In this document: positions 1 to 8,816 of the stretch, in pieces
Position numbering within the stretch: position 1 is the first letter of the stretch
Layout: each line of letters begins with the position of its first letter
Source of the DNA: a virus
Lineage: Duplodnaviria > Caudoviricetes
Strand: one strand, 5' to 3'
IMG/VR virus record: IMGVR_UViG_3300032289_000750
Span: 1-28,915 of that record
Length of the DNA: 28,915 nt
Program-made: the position numbers and the translations under genes
The notes under the pieces: generated by a model
What the model was told of the DNA's origin: nothing
Database searches by the model: none
Seen by the model: only the letters and a program-made list of their open reading frames with translations

Positions 1-1338
1 AATGTAGTTCTTAAGTATGCCAAGAATCGTGTTATTGCTGCGTTTGGATTTACTGATGGAACTTTCTCAGCCTATGAACTTACATTTAAAGACCATGGTG
101 GTGCGCCTGTTGTTCAAATTAAAACAGGGATGAGCGCTTCCCAAGGCGACCTGATTAACGGGTCAACTTTAATGCCTGCATTGTGGCAGTGGACAGGCAT
201 TACCGAAGGAACCAACGCCATTTATTTTAGTGGTTACGCTGGCGACCACTCCGTTATCTTTAAATTACAAGTAGATAATACTGCTGCGTTAGGCACGCTT
301 ATTACCGCTGCCACCTTGCCACGAGGCGAAACTGTTTTATCTCTTTACTCATACCTTGGCACCTTCCTTATGGTTGGTACAAACAAGGGCGCTCGCATTG
401 CAACACTAGAGCAAAATGGTGACATGACATACGGACCATTGGTATTCCACAATGAGAACGGTGTCTATGACTTTGAAGGGCGTGACTCTTACATCTGGGC
501 TGGCAATACCAATCAAGTAAATACCAACTCAGGTACTACACGCATCAACCTTGGTCAGCCACTGACTCTTATTGGCTACGCTCAACCTATCTCCAGTGGC
601 GTGTATGCCCGTGCAACGGATGCCTATGCTGATGGTATCTTCGGTACAGTAAATGCCGTTCGTATTTTAGGCAATGCTAATCAAGTTGCCTTTGCAATTA
701 ACGGTTCAGGTGTCTGGCTACAACATGCAACAGAGTTGGTTGAATCTGGACAAATCCGTACTGCTCGTATTCGTTATGACACCATGGAAAACAAAGCATG
801 GAAGCGTATTCGTGTTCGCACATCTGATGATTTAGCAGGTGGCGATATTGAAGTCTTTAAAATTGGTCCAACAACAGACACTGTTATTACTACGCTTTAT
901 GAAGGCAATGCCACCACTGCTGATATTGATTTAGGTGATGCCTACCAAGCAGCAGGACCAGATGCATCGTTTAAACTTAATCTTACCCGTAACTCTACTA
1001 GCGCAACCACTGGTCCAGTAGTGGTAGGTATTGCTGTTAAGGCTTTACCAACACCTACTCGTGCTCGTGTGTTACAGATTCCTTTGTTCTGTTATGACAA
1101 AGAAACAGACAAGACAGGTAACATCATTGGTTACGAAGGTTATTCAAGAGAGCGTTTAAACGCACTAGAAACTATTGAAGCCAACGGACAAACAGTTATT
1201 CTTCAGGATTTTAACCAAGGTGGAGAGCCAACCGAAGTCATCATTGACCAAGTTACCTTCACTCGCTCTACCCCTGCTAATCGTAACTACACAGGCTTTG
1301 GCGGAATCATTACGCTCATAGCCAGAACTGTCGTATAA
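1..1338 (+). CDS. Tail/virion structural protein (beta-rich, possibly tail tubular/nozzle-like), 5'-truncated by the window
   Basis: Frame is open from base 1, upstream of the track's ATG at 130; beta-strand-rich Gly/Thr/Asn composition; last gene before the lysis cassette. Confidence 0.6.
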   Translation, partial: NVVLKYAKNRVIAAFGFTDGTFSAYELTFKDHGGAPVVQIKTGMSASQGDLINGSTLMPALWQWTGITEGTNAIYFSGYAGDHSVIFKLQVDNTAALGTLITAATLPRGETVLSLYSYLGTFLMVGTNKGARIATLEQNGDMTYGPLVFHNENGVYDFEGRDSYIWAGNTNQVNTNSGTTRINLGQPLTLIGYAQPISSGVYARATDAYADGIFGTVNAVRILGNANQVAFAINGSGVWLQHATELVESGQIRTARIRYDTMENKAWKRIRVRTSDDLAGGDIEVFKIGPTTDTVITTLYEGNATTADIDLGDAYQAAGPDASFKLNLTRNSTSATTGPVVVGIAVKALPTPTRARVLQIPLFCYDKETDKTGNIIGYEGYSRERLNALETIEANGQTVILQDFNQGGEPTEVIIDQVTFTRSTPANRNYTGFGGIITLIARTVV

Positions 1339-1351
1339 GGAGAACAATGTA

Positions 1352-1555
1352 ATGACTACTGCAAATTGGGCTGGACTAATCGTATCTGTAATAGCAATCG
1401 TAACTGCGTTTGCTGGTTCTATTAGATGGTTGGTCAAGCATTATCTGTATGAACTTAAGCCCAATTCAGGCGCAAGTTTAAAAGACTCTGTTATTAGATT
1501 AGAAGAAAAAGTAGAGATTTTGTATCAGATTTTAATAAGTAAAGATAAAAAATAA
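1352..1555 (+). CDS. Small membrane protein, holin-like/lysis-associated
   Basis: RBS AAGGAG upstream; N-terminal TM helix followed by ELKPNSGASLKD and a coiled coil; lies next to the lysin. Confidence 0.6.
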   Translation: MTTANWAGLIVSVIAIVTAFAGSIRWLVKHYLYELKPNSGASLKDSVIRLEEKVEILYQILISKDKK

Positions 1556-2203
1556 ATGCCAGAATTAAACGCTAATATCCCACCAATAAGTTGTTATGTA
1601 AGAGGTAACTTCTTACGCAATCAAGAGGATAGTCACGATAAGTATTTCCCTTGCGTAATCTTTGGAGTAAGTAGCGTACAAAACAGAAGCCCGCTATTTC
1701 ATTTTATGATGGAAGATGGTGGTCTTTGGTGGCGTATGCCTATCAATGCTTTTTGCAACGAGCCAGGAGTACCAGAGGTAAACCTGTATAACTTAGTTCT
1801 TTGGAACTCTTTTAGTCCATACATAACTGCTACTAAGTTTGCCAATCTAACAAACCTAAGCCTTCATTATACAGATAGAGATAGAAATAAAATTAGTGGT
1901 AAGTATCTTTTTACCCTTGACTGGCATAACCCTGACTCCAATAGGCTTGATGACGGATATTCAGAAACTCCTGATGAACACAAGTGCGGTCATGTAATAG
2001 AGCGAGATGATGGCAACTTTGCTATCCAACCGAACAATAGGATATTTGTTTTTGAACCATCATATACAACTAAATATGGTGACCCACTTATCCATAGGAT
2101 AATCAATGACCGTAAATGGGATGTTGAAGATAAAAAGAAATGGGTTACAGAAGATTCAAATGCTTTTCATTACGACATAGAAACAAAGAAGGATAGAAAA
2201 TAA
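1556..2203 (+). CDS. Hypothetical protein within the lysis cassette
   Basis: 215-aa ORF abutting both neighbours; His/Cys/Asp motifs (EHKCGH, DWH); function not recognised. Confidence 0.7.
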   Translation: MPELNANIPPISCYVRGNFLRNQEDSHDKYFPCVIFGVSSVQNRSPLFHFMMEDGGLWWRMPINAFCNEPGVPEVNLYNLVLWNSFSPYITATKFANLTNLSLHYTDRDRNKISGKYLFTLDWHNPDSNRLDDGYSETPDEHKCGHVIERDDGNFAIQPNNRIFVFEPSYTTKYGDPLIHRIINDRKWDVEDKKKWVTEDSNAFHYDIETKKDRK

Positions 2204-2697
2204 TGTCAAAGAACGCTACACCTGCAGCCATTGCAGTGCTACGCCAAGCCACGGCACTACAGCCTAAACGCAAGAAAGCATCCGATGGATTACTTCCAAG
2301 CGCTGCTCACATGAAGGCAAGTCCTACATCTGACCACAACACAGGCTATGCAGTTGATTTAACACATGACCCTAAAAATAACATTGACTGTGCTGACATC
2401 TTTGAAAAACTTAAAGAAGATAAGCGAGTTAAGTACCTTATTTTTAACAAGAAAATTTGGTCAAAGGATAAGGCTCGCCTTGGAAATCGCCCTTATACTG
2501 GCAGCAACCCGCACACTAAACATCTCCACATTTCTATCAATGATACCATGGGTGAGGACACAAGCCCTTGGTTTTGGTGGATGAATCAGCCAAAAATAAT
2601 CAATACTGTACTGGCAAGTCTTACCCCAAAGCCAGTCAAAAAGGCGTACCCTGTAGAGGTGTGCACCTGTTGTAAAGTACACGCCAAGAAATCCTAG
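2203..2697 (+). CDS. Endolysin, zinc peptidase (M15-like fold)
   Basis: SDHNxGxAVD and HxxHLHIS motifs typical of M15/LAS-type peptidoglycan peptidases; flanked by small membrane genes. Confidence 0.75.
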   Translation: MSKNATPAAIAVLRQATALQPKRKKASDGLLPSAAHMKASPTSDHNTGYAVDLTHDPKNNIDCADIFEKLKEDKRVKYLIFNKKIWSKDKARLGNRPYTGSNPHTKHLHISINDTMGEDTSPWFWWMNQPKIINTVLASLTPKPVKKAYPVEVCTCCKVHAKKS

Positions 2698-2705
2698 GAG
2701 GAATA

Positions 2706-2891
2706 ATGGAAGCACTAAAGCAAGTATCACTAACATGGTTCCGTGCAGCAGCATCGGCTGCTATCGCACTTTACCTTTCAGGTCAGACAGACCTTAAGAC
2801 ACTTGGAACAGCAGCACTTGCTGGTTTCCTTGGACCAGTACTTAAATGGTTAGACCCATCAGCCACAGAATTTGGTCGTGGCTCCGAGTAA
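2706..2891 (+). CDS. Putative holin
   Basis: 61 aa with two hydrophobic segments and a C-terminal LDPxxxxFGRG; directly after the lysin; RBS AGGAGG. Confidence 0.7.
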   Translation: MEALKQVSLTWFRAAASAAIALYLSGQTDLKTLGTAALAGFLGPVLKWLDPSATEFGRGSE

Positions 2892-2907
2892 ATAGTTTAA
2901 ACAGAAT

Positions 2908-2938
2908 AGCCCCTCGCTTTTTAGCGGGGGGCTTTTTT
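2908..2938 (+). terminator. Rho-independent terminator ending the late/lysis operon
   Basis: AGCCCCTCGCT-loop-AGCGGGGGGCT stem followed by a T run. Confidence 0.85.
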
Positions 2939-3283
2939 GCTTTCCCAATCTTTATTTTGTTGTGTCTTTAAGCGATGGCAGTTGGCACATAGTGTCTGGA
3001 GGTTATCTGGTTCATTGTTTAAATGGTTGCCATCTATGTGGTCAACATCTAATTGACTGCGGTGTTCTGCAACAAAGCCACACAATTCACAGTAATCTTT
3101 TTTATTTTTAAATTGACTAGAACGATACAAGTTATATTTATTTCTACAAGACCACCCATATTGTTTCTTCTTTAATCTTGCGGGTCCACATACTGCACAG
3201 ATACCCCATCGTTTGGTTGGGTTCTTGAGCAGCAATCTATGCTGCTTAGGCTTATCCGCCTGTGGAGTAGAACCCTGAGGCAT
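2921..3283 (-). CDS. HNH endonuclease
   Basis: CxxC...LDVDHIDGNHLNN...LQTLCANCH motif; true start uncertain because it overlaps the upstream gene. Confidence 0.9.
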   Translation of the reverse strand: MPQGSTPQADKPKQHRLLLKNPTKRWGICAVCGPARLKKKQYGWSCRNKYNLYRSSQFKNKKDYCELCGFVAEHRSQLDVDHIDGNHLNNEPDNLQTLCANCHRLKTQQNKDWESKKAPR

Positions 3284-3419
3284 TGAACTTTACTGGCACA
3301 GCACTGTAAACCTGTGTCATAGTAGTTTCACAGCAAACTGGAACCCAGTCGCTGCCCATTGGTTTGTCTATTTCTTGTACCCCACCGCATACGGCGCATC
3401 GGTAATCATATTTTGCCAT
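3252..3419 (-). CDS. FmdB-like zinc-ribbon protein, 55 aa (not in the ORF track)
   Basis: Manual translation MAKYDYRCAVCGGVQEIDKPMGSDWVPVCCETTMTQVYSAVPVKFNASGFYSTGG; YxYxCxxCG and FxxSGFYxT signatures. Confidence 0.85.
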   Translation of the reverse strand: MAKYDYRCAVCGGVQEIDKPMGSDWVPVCCETTMTQVYSAVPVKFNASGFYSTGG

Positions 3420-3555
3420 TTAATAACTTCTTTATGGTCGCTAACCTGCGAAGGCGAGCCTGTTGTTCTGTCTTAATACCGTATTTAAAACCAATCTTAA
3501 ACATAATTATATTGCTTAAGACATAAGCAACTAAGAAAAAAATATATTCAATCAT

Positions 3556-3798
3556 CTATATTATCTCATCTACTGGTGTTGGTACCTTGACTAAGGCTCC
3601 ACATAAAGCACACTCTGCATCTACAAACCACATGCTTATTTCGCCTTCTTCAAACATACAGCCCACTTTAAATAAGCGGGAGCCACACATACATACATGT
3701 ATTGGACCTAGGCTACGCAGGTCTGCTCCACTATACTTATCAACTACACCTGCTCGGCTTAACAGCCTCGCTGCAGTTCTATTTATCCTGTTCAACAC
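3556..3798 (-). CDS. Small Cys-rich (CxC...CxxC) zinc-binding protein
   Basis: HVCMCGS and ECALCG motifs; co-oriented with the zinc-ribbon and HNH genes. Confidence 0.7.
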   Translation of the reverse strand: MLNRINRTAARLLSRAGVVDKYSGADLRSLGPIHVCMCGSRLFKVGCMFEEGEISMWFVDAECALCGALVKVPTPVDEII

Positions 3799-3819
3799 GA
3801 ACAGGAGTGTAACGGTTAT

Positions 3820-3900
3820 TTAATTACAATCGTGTAATTCTGTTTGGCGTGTCGCATAATAGAGCAGAGATTGTGTAGTAGTCTCCTCTATTGAAGGAGA
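3820..3900. promoter_or_regulatory. Divergent promoter region with an inverted repeat and a GACAC (WhiA-type) motif
   Basis: AATTACA-atcg-TGTAATT at 3822-3839; GGCGTGTCG (reverse complement CGACACGCC) at 3846-3854; RBS GAAGGAG before 3905. Confidence 0.5.
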
Positions 3901-3904
3901 AACA

Positions 3905-4744
3905 ATGACACTTGAACTGGTTACGGGTAAGAACTATGTATCCCACTCCGCCATGTCTACATGGCTTGGGTGCGGGTGGCAGTATTACCTATCCCGTGTA
4001 GTCCATGTGCCCGAAGCGCCATCATACTGGTTAGCAGGGGGTAAAGCAGTACATGAGTGCACGGAATACTACGACATAAAGCCTGAGGGTTTTGACCCCG
4101 TTGCTGTATTTAAAGAGCGATGGGAACACAACTACAAAATGGCAGATAACGGCATGTCTTGGCGTGCTGGTGGCAAACAAACCAAAGCGAATCCTAATAA
4201 GGAAGATGCTAATTGGTGGCTTGCTAATGGACCAAAGATGGTTGATTACTGGATTCAATTCAGAGAAGAAAGTGGCTGGAAGATTTGGGATACTCCCGCT
4301 GACATCCCCGCTATTGAAACTGAAATGAACCAAATAATCAGGGGCGTTAACATTAAAGCGTTCCTTGACCGAGTAATGGTTGCACCATCAGGAGAGTTAG
4401 TAATTGTAGATATTAAGACAGGAAGTACTGAGCCTAAGTCTCAAACACAACTTGGTATCTACGCCATACTTGTGGAGAAAACCTTTGGTATTCGCCCACA
4501 ACTTGGTAGTTATTTCATGGCTCGCACAGGTGAACTTACCCAACCTGTTTCTCTTGACCGTTTTACTGAGGCACGCCTTGGTAATTGGGTTAAGGGATTT
4601 GAAATAGCAGTGACTAACAAAATCTTTATACCAGCACCTGGGTTTATGTGTGGCACATGCCCCGTAAACTCATCATGCTATGCAGTGGGTGGAAAAGACT
4701 CACACCTCTATCCCGAAATACCTATAGGAGAAACAAATGACTGA
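3905..4744 (+). CDS. PD-(D/E)XK RecB/Cas4-like exonuclease
   Basis: N-terminal SxS...C, AFLDRV...IVDIKTG...QLGIY, and C-terminal CxxCxxxxxC. Confidence 0.9.
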   Translation: MTLELVTGKNYVSHSAMSTWLGCGWQYYLSRVVHVPEAPSYWLAGGKAVHECTEYYDIKPEGFDPVAVFKERWEHNYKMADNGMSWRAGGKQTKANPNKEDANWWLANGPKMVDYWIQFREESGWKIWDTPADIPAIETEMNQIIRGVNIKAFLDRVMVAPSGELVIVDIKTGSTEPKSQTQLGIYAILVEKTFGIRPQLGSYFMARTGELTQPVSLDRFTEARLGNWVKGFEIAVTNKIFIPAPGFMCGTCPVNSSCYAVGGKDSHLYPEIPIGETND

Positions 4745-5141
4745 ACCGCTATATCAAATCAATGTAAAGACACCTAAGGGTTCTTTGCTTAACATCCGTG
4801 CATCATCAGAGGCAGAACTTGACCAAGCCCTTGATGGTTTAACAGTTCGTATTGCTTCAATCGCTGACCTTGAGTCAACCATTGATGCAATCTGTGCAGT
4901 ATCAAATGCAGGTCTTAAGCCAGAAGTTGCCAACCACTCTGCAGTAGCAGCAGTTGCACCTTCATATCCAGCACCAGCAGGTTACAAGCCAGCAGGTGTT
5001 ACACCTGATTGCACATGCGGTGGTGGACCAATGCGTTTGGTACCAGCAGGTATTGCTAAGGCAACAGGTCGCCCATACAAGGGATTCTATGCATGCCCTA
5101 AGCCACAGGGTCAGGCTTGCCAAAACAAGGTGCCTGCATAA
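4737..5141 (+). CDS. Hypothetical protein with C-terminal GRF-like zinc finger, possibly ssDNA-binding
   Basis: CTCGGGPM...TGRPYKGFYACP...C; lies between exonuclease and helicase. Confidence 0.6.
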   Translation: MTEPLYQINVKTPKGSLLNIRASSEAELDQALDGLTVRIASIADLESTIDAICAVSNAGLKPEVANHSAVAAVAPSYPAPAGYKPAGVTPDCTCGGGPMRLVPAGIAKATGRPYKGFYACPKPQGQACQNKVPA

Positions 5142-5144
5142 ACC

Positions 5145-5924
5145 ATGCGCCTACTCAGCCGTGCTATTAAGACAGAATCACGAGGGGGTGCAACCCTTCC
5201 AGCGGTGTGGCACTCTCTCGCTGCTCAACAAATAGCAATCCGTTACGGCGAAGTAAGCATGATTGCTGGACCGCCAGGGGCAGGCAAGTCAACGCTTGCT
5301 CTGTCCTTGGCTGTCAAGGCAGGAGTGCCTACTCTTTACATCTCAGCGGATACACACTCACACACGATGAGCCTTCGTTTGCTTGCATTATTAACGGGCA
5401 AGCCACAGTCAGAGGTTGAACCACTAATGGAAATGGACAGGGATTGGGCAGCACAAATGCTTAAGCCTGCCGACCATATCTACTGGGAGTTTGATTCTGC
5501 ACCAACGCTTAAAGATATTGAGGATGCAGTACTTGCTACTCGTGAGCGCTTAGGTGAGGATGTTCGTTTGATTGTGTTAGATAACGCAGTAGATGTAACA
5601 ATGGATTCCCAAGACGAGTGGGGTGGCTTGCGTACTTTAATGAAAGAACTTAAGTGGTGGGCAAGAGAGACAGGTGCAGCGGTTGTGGTTTGTCATCACA
5701 CATCAGAAGGTGTACTTGGTAATCCTTGCCCCCCACAAAAAGCACTTCATGGAAAAGTAGCACAGACACCTTCGCTTATTCTTACAGTACACAATCAGGT
5801 ATCAACTCTTGGTGTATGTGCAGTAAAGAATCGTTACGGACCAGCCGATGCCACAGGTGGCACACCCGTATGGCTTTCATACGACCCCGCAAGCATGCAG
5901 ATATTAGATGTAGGACAACCTTAA
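5145..5924 (+). CDS. DnaB-like (RecA-fold) helicase, ATPase domain only
   Basis: Walker A GPPGAGKS, Walker B LIVLD, and VKNRYGP arginine-finger motif. Confidence 0.88.
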   Translation: MRLLSRAIKTESRGGATLPAVWHSLAAQQIAIRYGEVSMIAGPPGAGKSTLALSLAVKAGVPTLYISADTHSHTMSLRLLALLTGKPQSEVEPLMEMDRDWAAQMLKPADHIYWEFDSAPTLKDIEDAVLATRERLGEDVRLIVLDNAVDVTMDSQDEWGGLRTLMKELKWWARETGAAVVVCHHTSEGVLGNPCPPQKALHGKVAQTPSLILTVHNQVSTLGVCAVKNRYGPADATGGTPVWLSYDPASMQILDVGQP

Positions 5925-5934
5925 GGAGAAGTAA

Positions 5935-6282
5935 ATGGGTGAGATGATTATTACACCAGTAGATAGTCCATGGGAATTAACTGTTGTACAAAACGATGGT
6001 GAAATCCCAGCAGATAAAGTTAAAGATGAGATTGCAGTACCAACAGCCCCATTGTTGACTGATATTAAGGCACAACTTATGACAGTGCCTCGCACACTTA
6101 CATACATAGTCGGATGGAGAGCACTTGTTTGGCAAAATAAAGAGACTGGTCGGTTTCAAGACCTCACAGAAGAACAATGGCAAGCCCACCAAAACGGAGA
6201 CATTGTTGCCTTCGGAAAAGGAATTAAGGAAAGCGATGACGAAGTTCCAAGTACCTCAGGAGATACAGGAAGCCCTGCTTAG
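5935..6282 (+). CDS. Hypothetical protein
   Basis: RBS AAGGAG; 115-aa ORF within the operon. Confidence 0.7.
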   Translation: MGEMIITPVDSPWELTVVQNDGEIPADKVKDEIAVPTAPLLTDIKAQLMTVPRTLTYIVGWRALVWQNKETGRFQDLTEEQWQAHQNGDIVAFGKGIKESDDEVPSTSGDTGSPA

Positions 6283-6538
6283 CGAACTACCTAATGTCAT
6301 AGAACAAGTTGAAGAAACAAGTAAACAAATCTATGACCCAAATACTATTTGGTTGGAAGCCATGCAGTATGCGGATTATGTTGAACAGTTGGCAAGGCAT
6401 TTGCAAGAGGACCATGGACCTGATTGCAACAATGCAATAGCAGTTAATTTAATTAACCTCTCTATTTCTTTTAAGGAAATGGGAGAGAGTGCACTAAGAG
6501 CGATAGATGAAACGGAGAATATAGATGGCGAACAGTAA
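6236..6538 (+). CDS. Hypothetical acidic helical protein (start moved to ATG 6236)
   Basis: AAGGA upstream of ATG 6236; overlaps both neighbours. Confidence 0.6.
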   Translation: MTKFQVPQEIQEALLSELPNVIEQVEETSKQIYDPNTIWLEAMQYADYVEQLARHLQEDHGPDCNNAIAVNLINLSISFKEMGESALRAIDETENIDGEQ

Positions 6539-7259
6539 TCAAGAAACATTATCTATCGGATGGTGTGATAACGGTATGGTAGATGGCAAGTTTGCCGAGG
6601 GTATTATGTACACCACGGTAACCGCACCCAGTCACAAGATGGCAATTAACAATGCTATTCGTGTGCAAGGTAATCAGATTGGCAGACAACGCCAAGCCCT
6701 GCTTGATATGTGGTATGACAAAGTAAAGACAGACTGGTTGTTATGGGTTGACTCTGACATTGTGCTTACCACTGAGGTGCTTGGCATGTTATGGAAGATA
6801 GCCGATAAGAATACCAAGCCAGTTGTATGTGGCACTTACTTTATCTCTAAGCAAATGGAATCTTCACTGATGCAACCTATGCCTGCTTTGTTCCACGAGA
6901 TAAGTGAGTATGAGATTAAGTATCTCCACCCACTGCCTAAGGATGAAGTAGTAAAGGTTGACTGTGCTGGCTTAGGTCTTACTCTTATGCACCGTAATGT
7001 TGTTCCTAAGTTGCGTGCCGTATCACCTGACTACTCAGTGTTTGCCGAGAAGGAAGGGCTGGGAGATAAGTATGTTGGTGAGGACATTGTATTCTTCCGT
7101 AACTTAAAGAAGGCGGGCGTTGATGTGTATGCACACACAGGTGCAGTTGTTAAACACATGAAGCGTTTTGCTTATGATGAGAATTACTACGCACTATACT
7201 GGCAGGCTGCTGCTGCAGCAGAAAGGCAGACAAATGGCGACACAACAGCAAGCAAATAA
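6525..7259 (+). CDS. Glycosyltransferase, GT-A fold (GT2-like)
   Basis: WLLWVDSD DxD motif, GxGxxLxHR, GEDxxF and a C-terminal H. Confidence 0.85.
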   Translation: MANSNQETLSIGWCDNGMVDGKFAEGIMYTTVTAPSHKMAINNAIRVQGNQIGRQRQALLDMWYDKVKTDWLLWVDSDIVLTTEVLGMLWKIADKNTKPVVCGTYFISKQMESSLMQPMPALFHEISEYEIKYLHPLPKDEVVKVDCAGLGLTLMHRNVVPKLRAVSPDYSVFAEKEGLGDKYVGEDIVFFRNLKKAGVDVYAHTGAVVKHMKRFAYDENYYALYWQAAAAAERQTNGDTTASK

Positions 7260-7599
7260 ACGCAGAGGAGCAGCCTTTGAAATTGATTTGGCTGACTGGT
7301 TTATCGAAGAAGAATACGAAGCACAAAGGTTACCTCGTGCTGGTCGCAACGATATAGGTGATGTCTTTCTTAAGACAGCAAATGATTCTTATGTCATTGA
7401 AGCCAAGGCACCACGGCGTGATGGCAAGGTAGATTTATCTGGTTGGATTCGTGAGGCACAAGTAGAGTCAGAAAACTATCGTGTTGCTAAGAAGTTAAAG
7501 TTAGCACCAACACCATTGGTTATCATCAAGGCTTCTAATAAAGGCATTGAGGAGTCCTATGTAGTGCAGAGGCTCAGTGATGTTATTGCAAAACTCTAA
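7234..7599 (+). CDS. Holliday junction resolvase (Hjc-like PD-(D/E)XK)
   Basis: KRRGAAFE...DIGD...VIEAK; start at ATG 7234 after GAAAGG. Confidence 0.8.
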   Translation: MATQQQANKRRGAAFEIDLADWFIEEEYEAQRLPRAGRNDIGDVFLKTANDSYVIEAKAPRRDGKVDLSGWIREAQVESENYRVAKKLKLAPTPLVIIKASNKGIEESYVVQRLSDVIAKL

Positions 7600-7957
7600 A
7601 CATGACCTCGGCAAAGTACTAGAACATTACGGATTTGATATACCTCAAGGCAAGCGTGGCTGGGTAACAGTACGGTGCGCCTTTCACGGAGACAGAGTAA
7701 AGTCTGCCCGTCTTAATACAGAAAACGGTGGGTTCCGTTGTTTCGGCTGTGACATGGCTGGCGATGTGTACTCAATCATTATGAAAAAAGAAGGAGTTAC
7801 TTTCAATGAGGCTAAGCAAATTGCAGAGAGAATTACTGGCGAGGGCAACGGAGAACTACGCTCAAAACATCGTGGAGATTCTTCCGTATCTGGAGAGTCG
7901 AGGTATAATGGAAACAACGGCTCGTACATTTCACCTCGGCTTCGTAAAGAATCCTGA
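7577..7957 (+). CDS. DNA primase zinc-binding (CHC2) subunit
   Basis: CAFHGD...FRCFGC...GD motif. Confidence 0.85.
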   Translation: MMLLQNSKHDLGKVLEHYGFDIPQGKRGWVTVRCAFHGDRVKSARLNTENGGFRCFGCDMAGDVYSIIMKKEGVTFNEAKQIAERITGEGNGELRSKHRGDSSVSGESRYNGNNGSYISPRLRKES

Positions 7958-8426
7958 GATGGGGCATGAACCTTATGTCGGAAAACTTAGTATCCCCTAC
8001 CTAACTCCTGCTGGTGCTATAGATATTCGCTTTCGTTCATTAGGTGTTGACACATCAGGACCCAAGTACATGTCAAGACCAGGTGCTACTACCCATATCT
8101 TTAATATCAACGCACTCAATAGAGATGATGATGTACTGATTGTATGTGAAGGTGAGTTAGATACTGTGGTTGCTACACAGGCTGGGTTTACTGCAGTTGG
8201 ATTGCCAGGGGCTAACAACTGGAAACCTTTTTACTCACGAGTCCTTGCTGATTGGGATAAAGTTATTCTTCTATGTGATGGTGACAATGCAGGCAGAGAG
8301 ATGGCTAAGAATCTAAGTCGTGAATTAGACAATGTGTTTCCTGTGTTCATGCCTGAGGGTCAAGATGTTAATGATGTATACCTACAAGAGGGTGCCGAAG
8401 GATTACGCAGAAGAATTGGTGTTTAA
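7806..8426 (+). CDS. DNA primase TOPRIM subunit
   Basis: YLESRGI, PKY, VCEGELD, DGDNAG and DVND motifs; has its own RBS AAGGAG at 7791-7796. Confidence 0.9.
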   Translation: MRLSKLQRELLARATENYAQNIVEILPYLESRGIMETTARTFHLGFVKNPEMGHEPYVGKLSIPYLTPAGAIDIRFRSLGVDTSGPKYMSRPGATTHIFNINALNRDDDVLIVCEGELDTVVATQAGFTAVGLPGANNWKPFYSRVLADWDKVILLCDGDNAGREMAKNLSRELDNVFPVFMPEGQDVNDVYLQEGAEGLRRRIGV

Positions 8427-8429
8427 GAC

Positions 8430-8816
8430 ATGACTGACCTCTCATCATTTGACCTTGACTTTCGCCATGGACAGGCTGGTGAGAAATTAGTAGAGGATTT
8501 ACTTACCGAAGGTAAGACTATAGAAGTAAAGCGTGACCGTAAATGGTGGTCAACTGGCAATGTATACATAGAAATATCGTGTTGGTATCAGCGTTCACAA
8601 TCATGGGAACCATCAGGATTGTATGTAACTGAGGCTGAATACTGGGCGTTTGTATTAGAGAAAGGTGTCCTTATGTTACCCACATCTCATGTACACTATG
8701 CGATAGAGCACTTCGGTAGAGAGATAACCTGTGAGATACCCCCAAACAGAAGCAAAGGCTACCTAATCACAGTTGATAATCTACTAGAAGCAATGAGGAA
8801 AATGCGAGATGAGTAA
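8430..8816 (+). CDS. PD-(D/E)XK-family nuclease-like protein
   Basis: GE...IEVKRD...TGNVYIE pattern. Confidence 0.6.
   Translation: MTDLSSFDLDFRHGQAGEKLVEDLLTEGKTIEVKRDRKWWSTGNVYIEISCWYQRSQSWEPSGLYVTEAEYWAFVLEKGVLMLPTSHVHYAIEHFGREITCEIPPNRSKGYLITVDNLLEAMRKMRDE

Noticed and set aside
3905-4744. Cas4 as part of a CRISPR system
   Set aside because: It is a solo PD-(D/E)XK exonuclease in a replication operon, which is common in phages.
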